A DNA stretch of 24,000 nt. It comes from Candidatus Saccharimonadales bacterium (GTDB taxonomy: Bacteria > Patescibacteriota > Saccharimonadia > Saccharimonadales > Saccharimonadaceae). The stretch covers positions 1 through 24,000 of the forward strand of contig JBAQIV010000048.1 of NCBI GenBank assembly GCA_049289035.1, in the 5' to 3' direction. This document shows, piece after piece, positions 7,064-13,815 of the stretch (position 1 is its first letter; each line of letters begins with the position of its first letter). Below the pieces are notes generated by a model. That model made no database searches and was not told the DNA's origin. It saw nothing but the letters and a program-made list of their open reading frames with translations. The translations under genes were made by a program, and so were the position numbers.

Positions 7064-8938
7064 TTAGAGACTCGCCAGGTGCTCACCTTCACCCATCTGG
7101 TAGACTTTCACCGTGTCACCATAGCGTTCGCCAAAGGGACCAATGGCGCCCATATCGAGCGCTGTCTGCGTGGGATATTCTTTGAATGTAACCGGTAAAT
7201 CGGCTGCTATCCAGCCATTGACCAGTGCTTCGGCACGCGCAATCTCCTCGGGCGTCATTTTACGGTCGAGGTTGAAGTCAAAACGCAGGCGCTCTTCGGT
7301 AATGTTACTCCCGTGCTGGCGCAGTTCTGGACCAAAAATTTCACGCAGAGCCGACTGCAGCAGGTGCGTCCCCGTGTGGTAACGTTTGTGTTGCATAGTG
7401 TGGCCGCCGAGGCCGCCTTTGAACACACCTTTTGCGGCGGTCTTACTCCGTTCACGCTGTTCGACCATTTTGGCGTCAAATTGTTCGCGCCAATTTGCTG
7501 GTAACTTGATGTCGCGCTTAAAGCACTCCTCGACACTAAGTTCAACCGGAAAACCGTACGTATCATAGAGCGTAAATAGAATCGCGCCAGCCGACGAATC
7601 ACATTCATCATCAGAAGGGGCCCGCCCCTTCTCGGGTGCCGCTGCTTCGCTGCGCGGCAGCCCGCCTTCCCCCGACTCATCGGCAGTAGCCGCTGAGTCG
7701 CCCGCGCTTCGCACGGGTGCGAATGCTTTTTCAAGCATTCGCAGGCCCTTCCTGAGCGTCTGGCGGAAGGTCTTCTCTTCCTTCACCAGCACAGCGATCA
7801 CGTTTTCACGGTTTTCTTTCACCTCAGGGAAATCTGCTTCGTATATGTCAGCGATGACCGGCACGATGGCCTCCAGAAAATTCTGCTCGATGCCCAGTTC
7901 AAACGCAAAGCGAATCGCCCGCCGCAGCAAACGGCGCATGACATAGCCTTGCTCTTTGTTGCTCGGCGTCACGCCGTCAACCGCAAGGAAGGTCGCCGCA
8001 CGCAGGTGGTCGGCAATCACGCGCATGCTTACAGTGTGGCTGTCGTAGTTTTTGCCACTTATGCTTTCGAGTTTCTCAACAATCGGCCACATGATCGATA
8101 TTTTAAACATGTCTGGACTATCTATCGCAGCCATTGCAATACGTTCCAACCCACCGCCAAAATCAATATTTTTGTTCGGTAAATGCTCAAAGCCTTTTTC
8201 GGTGCGGTAATACTGCATGAGGACGTTGTTACCGATCTCTACAAATCGGCCACAATCACAGTTCGGGTGGCATTTCTCTCCATATGAGGTGTCATGATCT
8301 ACAAAATCGAACTCATAGAATATCTCCGTGGACGGGCCGCCAGGTTCGCCGACAGGCATATCTTTGATCTTGCCGTTACGACACCACCAGTTTTTGCTTG
8401 CATCATAATAAAATACCCGTTCACCAACCTGCATACCTCTCTCGGCTGCATCTTGTTCGGATCCTAACTCGGCGTCGGTTGCCTCGACTCCAGCATCTTC
8501 GAAAAGTTTCAACCAAATATTTGCAGACTCGGTATCTTTGGGGATGTTAAAATCTTTGTCACCTATAAATGCCGTGACGTACAGCTTGTTTGGATCAAGC
8601 CCGATGATTTTAGTGTAAAATTCAAAGATCCACGGCAACTGCTCGGTCTTGAAGTAATCACCCAGCGACCAGTTACCCAACATCTCGAAAAATGTATCGT
8701 GCCGATTATCGCCTACTTCTTCTATATCTTGAACACGAATCACTGTCTGCGAATCAACCAGTCGCGCACCATGCGGATGTTTTTCGCCCAGCAGATAGGG
8801 CAGTAGCGGCTGCATACCACTGCCAGTAAACAGCGTCGTGGGGTCATTGTCTGGCACTAGGCGCGCCCGCGGGATCACCGCGTGGCCGCGTTCGGCAAAA
8901 AATTGCAAATAAGCTGTGCGTATGTCTTGTGCATTCAT
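7064..8938 (-). CDS. alaS: Alanine--tRNA ligase (class II), interrupted by an in-frame TAA before the last 46 codons; no C-Ala domain
   Basis: 624-aa ORF. The N-terminus MNAQDIRTAYLQFFAERGHAVIPRARLVPDNDPTTLFTGSGMQ is typical of AlaRS. LYDTYGFP and the editing-domain HTGTHLL (HxxxH) are present. The ORF ends ...GEGEHLASL-TAA exactly where the family has S-x-E-L-C-G-G-x-H. Confidence 0.9.
   Translation of the reverse strand: MNAQDIRTAYLQFFAERGHAVIPRARLVPDNDPTTLFTGSGMQPLLPYLLGEKHPHGARLVDSQTVIRVQDIEEVGDNRHDTFFEMLGNWSLGDYFKTEQLPWIFEFYTKIIGLDPNKLYVTAFIGDKDFNIPKDTESANIWLKLFEDAGVEATDAELGSEQDAAERGMQVGERVFYYDASKNWWCRNGKIKDMPVGEPGGPSTEIFYEFDFVDHDTSYGEKCHPNCDCGRFVEIGNNVLMQYYRTEKGFEHLPNKNIDFGGGLERIAMAAIDSPDMFKISIMWPIVEKLESISGKNYDSHTVSMRVIADHLRAATFLAVDGVTPSNKEQGYVMRRLLRRAIRFAFELGIEQNFLEAIVPVIADIYEADFPEVKENRENVIAVLVKEEKTFRQTLRKGLRMLEKAFAPVRSAGDSAATADESGEGGLPRSEAAAPEKGRAPSDDECDSSAGAILFTLYDTYGFPVELSVEECFKRDIKLPANWREQFDAKMVEQRERSKTAAKGVFKGGLGGHTMQHKRYHTGTHLLQSALREIFGPELRQHGSNITEERLRFDFNLDRKMTPEEIARAEALVNGWIAADLPVTFKEYPTQTALDMGAIGPFGERYGDTVKVYQMGEGEHLASL
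7613..7717. other. GC-rich, hairpin-dense in-frame extra segment inside alaS
   Basis: Consecutive hairpins: AGAAGGGGC/GCCCCTTCT (7613-7632); GGG-TGCCGC/GCGGCA-(G)-CCC (7634-7663); CGACTCA-x-CGGC/GCCG-x-TGAGTCG (7673-7700); CCCG/CGGG (7701-7717). The segment encodes the low-complexity peptide PVRSAGDSAATADESGEGGLPRSEAAAPEKGRAPS, which canonical AlaRS lacks. Confidence 0.6.
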
Positions 8939-8982
8939 ACTAGTCAGTATAACAGATACGGGCGACGCGCTCTAGACTGGTA

Positions 8983-9192
8983 TTACTGTTGGCCGGGAAT
9001 GTTTTTCTTTATGTCGTCAAATTTTTCTTGGATCTGGTCGACTTGCTTGTTGGCCGACTCGACAAATTTGTCATCGGCATCGCCAGGGATCATCTTGGTA
9101 ACTGCTTCGGCTTGCGCCTGAGCGTCATCGATAGTTTTTTCGAGTTTTTTGGTCGATTTGAATAGGTTTTTAAATGAGTCCAGTAGTGCCAC
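8983..9192 (-). CDS. Small hypothetical helical protein (69 aa)
   Basis: GTG start at 9192 is preceded by a perfect Shine-Dalgarno AAGGAGG (9203-9197) with a 4-nt spacer. A TATACT -10-like box lies at 9226-9221. The product is charged, helical-looking and K/D/E-rich, with no family I can name. Confidence 0.6.
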   Translation of the reverse strand: MALLDSFKNLFKSTKKLEKTIDDAQAQAEAVTKMIPGDADDKFVESANKQVDQIQEKFDDIKKNIPGQQ

Positions 9193-9236
9193 GTTACCTC
9201 CTTGTTATCGCTATGGCCTTAGTATACTCCAGCGCG

Positions 9237-10283
9237 TTAGACAATGATACCGCCGCCAAGCACTTCGTCGCCACGGTATAGTACCGCCGACTGACCCGCG
9301 GTCGCCGCCCGTTCCGCTTCCTCGAGCTGCAGGGAGTCTCCTTGCAAACGACACGGTAGCAACTGGCCCCGGTGGCGTAGGCGCGCTAGGAGTACCTCGC
9401 CCTCGCGCGGCGCATCATTGATCCAGTGTATACCTGTCAGCTCGACTGTATCTCGCCACATTGATTCGTCAGATAAGTCACGGCTCACAATCACACGGTT
9501 AGCTGCCATGTCTTTGCCGACCACATAATACGGCAAACCACCGCCCATGCCGAGACCATGCCGCTGGCCAAGCGTGTAGTAGATCGCCCCGTCGTGATAG
9601 CCTATGGCATGTCCTGTCGCTTTATCGATAATTTCACCTGGCTCCGTCGTGACGTACTGACTCAAAAATTCTTTGATCCCGACCGACCCGACGAAGCAAA
9701 TGCCCTGACTATCTTTTTTACGAGCCGTCGCCAAGCCTTTTGCTTCCGCGATGGCACGTACCTCTGTTTTTGTCAGCATCCCAAGTGGAAAGAGGGTCTT
9801 ACCGAGCGCCTCGGAGCTGATGCGGTAGAGGAAGTAGGTTTGGTCTTTGGTTTCATCGCGAGGACGAAGCAATACGGGGTTGGTTTGCTCATTACTTTTC
9901 CCTATTTTTGCATAGTGTCCCGTCGCAATCATATCGGCCCCATCGGCGAGTGCGGTATCGAGAAACAGTTTAAACTTCACCTCTTGGTTGCACATGATGT
10001 CAGGGTTGGGTGTGCGGCTGGCCTGGTATTCACTGATCATATAGTCGACGACCCGCTGTTTGTATTGGGTTTGAAAATCATAGACCTTGAGTGGTATACC
10101 TAGCTGCACCGCGACGCGCTTGGCGTCGGCCAGATCATCGGCCCACGGGCATCTCATACCAGGCAAATCTTGTGTCCAGTTTTTCATATAAATGCCCGTG
10201 ACGTCGTAGCCCTGGTCAACGAGCAGCGACGCCGTCACCGAGCTGTCGACCCCACCGCTCATGCCCACATACACACGCGTCAC
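9237..10283 (-). CDS. mnmA: tRNA-specific 2-thiouridylase MnmA
   Basis: 348-aa ORF with the PP-loop VGMSGGVDSSV at the N-terminus. ATGHYA, DQTYFLY and QGICFVG motifs are present. Length is typical for the family. Confidence 0.9.
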   Translation of the reverse strand: MTRVYVGMSGGVDSSVTASLLVDQGYDVTGIYMKNWTQDLPGMRCPWADDLADAKRVAVQLGIPLKVYDFQTQYKQRVVDYMISEYQASRTPNPDIMCNQEVKFKLFLDTALADGADMIATGHYAKIGKSNEQTNPVLLRPRDETKDQTYFLYRISSEALGKTLFPLGMLTKTEVRAIAEAKGLATARKKDSQGICFVGSVGIKEFLSQYVTTEPGEIIDKATGHAIGYHDGAIYYTLGQRHGLGMGGGLPYYVVGKDMAANRVIVSRDLSDESMWRDTVELTGIHWINDAPREGEVLLARLRHRGQLLPCRLQGDSLQLEEAERAATAGQSAVLYRGDEVLGGGIIV

Positions 10284-10888
10284 GTCACTGCCCCAAGCGT
10301 CACTGACAGCACGAGTATCTTAAACAGCTCGCTATAAGCCAGCCACCACCCAGTCATGGTCAGCCACCAGCGGTCAGTCCATTGTCGATCATGCGCCACC
10401 GGATGATTCATAATTGTCACGGCGTCGCCCAGGCGTGCCCCAAACTCAATCGATGCACGGCGTTGATGATACACGCTCGTCACCAAAATAATCTTTTTAA
10501 TGTTGTTTTTTTGTATAAACAGACCAGTGTTTACCGCATTTTCAGCCGTGGTTTGCGAAAATTCTTCTATCAAGATATCCGACTCTGGCACACCAAGCCC
10601 GAGCGCGTATTTTTTCATAGCTTCGGCATTACTTACCCCCGTTTTATCGGCAGCGGCACCAGAGAAAATCAGACGCCTACCCCAGCCATCTTTGTAGAGC
10701 CGTACGGCTTCGCCGGTACGCGCGGTTGTGTCACCACCGCTAATCGCTACTATGGCATCGGCTGCGGCACATGTACCTGGACGGGGCGCATCACACTGGG
10801 CCAGATCGTCGGGCCCCAAATAGCCAGGCAGTACAAATATCGTAAACCCAGCGGCAAGCGCAATACCGGCGACAAATACGCGTATCAT
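10280..10888 (-). CDS. DUF218 (YdcF/ElyC/SanA-like) domain membrane-anchored protein
   Basis: 202-aa ORF with an N-terminal TM helix. The DUF218 pattern is present: IVAISGGD...RLIFSGAAA...NAEAM...GVPESDILIEE.S..TAENA...ILVTSVYHQRRA. It has 4-nt overlaps with both neighbours. Confidence 0.8.
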   Translation of the reverse strand: MIRVFVAGIALAAGFTIFVLPGYLGPDDLAQCDAPRPGTCAAADAIVAISGGDTTARTGEAVRLYKDGWGRRLIFSGAAADKTGVSNAEAMKKYALGLGVPESDILIEEFSQTTAENAVNTGLFIQKNNIKKIILVTSVYHQRRASIEFGARLGDAVTIMNHPVAHDRQWTDRWWLTMTGWWLAYSELFKILVLSVTLGAVT

Positions 10889-12042
10889 CGCCCCCGCTCC
10901 TGTGCAATCACTTCAGATATGATAGTCGCGGCAGTGTCTATATCTGCCTCAGTGGTCGCACGGCCAAAACTACAGCGCACACTACCATCGGCAAGCGCAT
11001 CGGACATAGCAATTGCCGTCAGTACATGTGAGCGCGTGCCGCGATTGGCGGCGCAGGCCGAACCAGTCGCAACCTGTACGCCCCGTTGATCAAGCGCGTA
11101 GACCACTCGCTCACCATCAAGACCGGGCACCGAAAAATGCAATATGTGCGGGGCGCGGCGTTTCGGGTGGCCATTGATCACAATGTCAGCAATACGCTCA
11201 GACAGTGCACGCTGCAAACGATCGCGCAGACTAGTAAGTCGGTGACTTTCTGCCTTGCGCCCCGCCGTCGCCAGCATCAATGCTTCGGCAAATCCCACGA
11301 TGCCCGCCACATTTTCGGTCCCACCACGGACGCCTCGCTCTTGCCCGCCGCCATACATGAGCGGTGTCACCTGCATGCCGGTGCGCAGCCACAATAACCC
11401 CACGCCTTTTGGTCCATAGCATTTGGCCGATCCGAGTGTCATCATGTCGACACCCAGACGAGACACAGAGATATCGAGCATGCCAGGTGCTTGCGACGCA
11501 TCGGTATGAAGCCAAATAGGCAACACCTCGCCCATCGACAAACGACGTTGACGCTCGGTTTCAATAACAGCGGCAATATCGCGAAGCGACTGTACAGTGC
11601 CTAGTTCGTTATTGATCATACCCACACTGACAATCGTCGTCGTCGAAGTTATAGTCTGTTGAACTGCTTCCGGCGTGACAACACCCCGTTCATCGACCGG
11701 TATCCAGTCGACTTCACCTGCTTCCGCGGCACGCACCACGGCCGCATGTTCAATACGGCTGGTCGCAATACGCCCACCATAGTGAGCAACTATGCCACGC
11801 AGCGCTAGGTTGATCGATTCAGTCGAGCCAGAGGTAAGTATGATCTCAGTCGGACGCACCCCCAGCGCCATGGCTAGTTGTTGACGGGCTGTTTCATAGT
11901 CACTTCGCACGGTAGTCGCGGCACGATAGGCCGATGACGGATTATAAAACTGCTGCGAAAAATACGGCTCCATGCGAGCAAAAACCCGCGGGTCACACGG
12001 GGTAGCAGCTGCATAATCGAGGTAAATACTCCGCTCACCCAT
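10885..12042 (-). CDS. Cysteine desulfurase (class V aminotransferase, NifS/IscS/YrvO-like)
   Basis: 385-aa ORF with IYLDYAAATP at the N-terminus. TSGSTESINLA, HTDASQA, a PLP-lysine region SAKCYGPKGVG, GGGQERGVRGGTEN and an active-site loop ATGSACA are present. Confidence 0.85.
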   Translation of the reverse strand: MGERSIYLDYAAATPCDPRVFARMEPYFSQQFYNPSSAYRAATTVRSDYETARQQLAMALGVRPTEIILTSGSTESINLALRGIVAHYGGRIATSRIEHAAVVRAAEAGEVDWIPVDERGVVTPEAVQQTITSTTTIVSVGMINNELGTVQSLRDIAAVIETERQRRLSMGEVLPIWLHTDASQAPGMLDISVSRLGVDMMTLGSAKCYGPKGVGLLWLRTGMQVTPLMYGGGQERGVRGGTENVAGIVGFAEALMLATAGRKAESHRLTSLRDRLQRALSERIADIVINGHPKRRAPHILHFSVPGLDGERVVYALDQRGVQVATGSACAANRGTRSHVLTAIAMSDALADGSVRCSFGRATTEADIDTAATIISEVIAQERGR

Positions 12043-12045
12043 AGC

Positions 12046-12468
12046 TTATATTGTAGCAGGCTGAGCAGTGAGTGGCTGGCCCGAGGTGGGATCACGGCGA
12101 TACACGTTACGCATGACGCGTTCGTAATAGGCCTGCACTGCGGCCGAAAGGTTGTGTAATTCTTCGCCTTCGATAAACGAATACATACCGTTGTCTTGAA
12201 CTTTCAAGATGCCGCTACTGTGTAGCTCATACCGAGTCGTGCGCGATTGTTTTTTGTTGTGTTCGTCTTTCCACTCTTCGTACCACACCCAGGTGTGATC
12301 GTCGAGACGAAAAAATTCACGGCGATGACCAGCCGCAACGGGGCCAAATATCGTCGCGCCTTGTTCGCTCTCGATCTCTATCAACTGGCGTTTGGTCAAA
12401 TGTTTTGGCTGATAGGGTGTTGCCGTCTGACCAGTAAGTAGTGTTGTGATTTTCTGGAGCGCCTTCAT
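12046..12468 (-). CDS. Hypothetical protein (140 aa)
   Basis: ORF with a 4-nt overlap to the upstream ORF. Composition looks globular (WVWYEEWKDEH..., YYERVMRNVY). No recognisable motif. Confidence 0.6.
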   Translation of the reverse strand: MKALQKITTLLTGQTATPYQPKHLTKRQLIEIESEQGATIFGPVAAGHRREFFRLDDHTWVWYEEWKDEHNKKQSRTTRYELHSSGILKVQDNGMYSFIEGEELHNLSAAVQAYYERVMRNVYRRDPTSGQPLTAQPATI

Positions 12469-12884
12469 GACGACCTGCCTTTGTTGATTTGCTGGAGGTG
12501 CGTAACTCGGCAGGCTTCGAGAAATGCTGTAATTTGAGTAATACGCAGGCGGGCAGCTGTATCTGTCTCACCACTGGGTGACGTTTCCGTTGAGGCTTGA
12601 GCATGGCTAGCCGCTTCCTCTGTCATAGTACCTAACAATGCCGGGTCAAACGCATGGTCAGGACTGTAGAGGTTGATGGTTCGTTTTTCGAGGGCACGCT
12701 GCGTCAGAAACGGTGCAGCGTCGCTCGTACCATACGATTCATTGACGGCTTTGCGGGCCAGATCAACAGAAAATACCGACTCGGCACCCGCTGCCTCATC
12801 GGTATATATACGCTCTGGCGCACCACGGCCAGGAATCATAAATGTATTGGGGACGGTTGCTAAAGCCACTGTCAATCTCTCCAC
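12465..12884 (-). CDS. Hypothetical protein (139 aa; start uncertain)
   Basis: The longest ORF starts at GTG 12884. An alternative GTG at 12869 is preceded by GGAGAG with a 7-nt spacer. No recognisable motif. The C-terminal third is overlapped by another open frame (12317-12604), so the coding call is moderate. Confidence 0.5.
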   Translation of the reverse strand: MERLTVALATVPNTFMIPGRGAPERIYTDEAAGAESVFSVDLARKAVNESYGTSDAAPFLTQRALEKRTINLYSPDHAFDPALLGTMTEEAASHAQASTETSPSGETDTAARLRITQITAFLEACRVTHLQQINKGRSS

Positions 12885-12918
12885 AAATTAAATAGTTAGT
12901 GGGTGTTTATGGTGGTGT

Positions 12919-13815
12919 TTATTTGAGATGAAATAGATGCGTGGCACTAGCCTCTGTTGCACGCGAGAGCTCCTGGAGATTGATAGACTGGAGATTCGCA
13001 ATATGTTCGGCAACATGCTGTAATAGTGCTGGCTCATTGACTTTACCACGATGAGGCACGGGCGTCAAGTACGGCGCATCTGTTTCGAGTAGAATTTTTT
13101 CATAAGGGATAGCTCGGTAAACCTCTTGGCGGTCACGCGCAAACGTGGCGATACCGTTGACGCCTATCAGGAGGCCACGTGATAGCGCCGCTTCCATATT
13201 TGACAAATTGTCGGTAAAGCTGTGCAATACGCCCCTGAGGCCCTTGTATTGGTCGAAAATAGGCCAAAAATCATCCCAGACCGATGTGCGCCCCTCTAGG
13301 GACGATGCCTCACGCACATGGAAAATAACCGGCAAATTATGCTCGAGTGCTAGTTCAATCTGCGCATGAAGCATGTCGATCTGCTGCTCGCGCGGGGAGT
13401 TGTCGTAGAAGTAGTCGAGACCGATTTCACCGATTGCAACGATGCTCGATATTCGATGTGCGCCAGCCGCATCTGCAGCCTCTCTACTAAAAGTGACTCT
13501 GCTTCCCGCAGTAGGCGCACTGTTCTTTTCAGTGCGCCGGTCACTTTTACGTAGAGAGGCTGCAGATGCGGCTACTATTGCACGAATATCATCTATCGCT
13601 TCCAACCCTCGCACCGCATCATGCGGGTGTAATCCGACTGCCGCCCAAGCGTTGGCGTGCGCCGCGGCAAATTCAACCGCCTCGCGCGACGTCACCTCGT
13701 CTGTCCCGACCACAATCATACGCCCGACGCCAACAGCGAGCGCCCGCTCATACGCCCCCTCGCTGTCGAGGTAACTCGCTTCTTGGATATGACAATGTGT
13801 GTCGGTGAGTGTCAT
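12919..13815 (-). CDS. TatD-family metal-dependent hydrolase/DNase carrying a ~36-40-aa in-frame insertion
   Basis: 298-aa ORF with family motifs DTHCHI, GLHPH, AIGEIGLDY, VIFHVREA, GVLHSF and LETDAPYL. About 60 residues separate HP from IVAIGE, versus about 20 in E. coli YcfH as I remember it. Confidence 0.85.
   Translation of the reverse strand: MTLTDTHCHIQEASYLDSEGAYERALAVGVGRMIVVGTDEVTSREAVEFAAAHANAWAAVGLHPHDAVRGLEAIDDIRAIVAASAASLRKSDRRTEKNSAPTAGSRVTFSREAADAAGAHRISSIVAIGEIGLDYFYDNSPREQQIDMLHAQIELALEHNLPVIFHVREASSLEGRTSVWDDFWPIFDQYKGLRGVLHSFTDNLSNMEAALSRGLLIGVNGIATFARDRQEVYRAIPYEKILLETDAPYLTPVPHRGKVNEPALLQHVAEHIANLQSINLQELSRATEASATHLFHLK
13465..13573. repeat. 109-nt near-perfect palindromic element (33-bp outer stem enclosing two hairpins) inside the tatD-family CDS
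   Basis: 13465-13487 is the exact reverse complement of 13551-13573. After a bulged C at 13550, 13488-13497 pairs with 13540-13549. Inner hairpins lie at 13499-13511 and 13514-13538. Confidence 0.9.

Noticed and set aside
7064-7066. Possibility that TAA is reassigned to a sense codon (alternative genetic code)
   Set aside because: TAA ends several well-supported genes in this window at the expected family C-termini (stops at 3948, 8983 and 9237). A global reassignment is therefore not supported.
6841-7092. 83-aa minus-strand ORF bridging the alaS stop and the ftsA-like gene
   Set aside because: It is in a different frame from alaS, and its sequence is basic and low-complexity. The alaS frame through the same DNA encodes recognisable AlaRS editing-domain motifs (CGGPH, GIRRIKA), which explains the region better.
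7583-7720. Inteins or introns as the explanation for the inserts in alaS, the tatD-family gene and rsmA
   Set aside because: At about 100-115 nt (34-40 aa) they are far too short for even mini-inteins, and they lack the terminal Cys/Ser...His-Asn splicing residues. They are also much shorter than group I or II introns and lack their conserved features.
9558-11089. Long plus-strand ORFs antisense to mnmA, the DUF218 gene and the cysteine desulfurase (181 aa and 235 aa)
   Set aside because: They lie fully inside strongly supported minus-strand genes and have no recognisable motifs or start signals. The same reasoning applies to 13657-14103, 18455-19123, 19635-20078 and 4879-5301 on the plus strand.
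12046-12884. Calling the two unknown ORFs a toxin-antitoxin or defence module
   Set aside because: There are no catalytic or DNA-binding motifs I can recognise, both proteins are of similar size, and the pair is embedded in a housekeeping operon-like array. I kept it only as an unknown pair.
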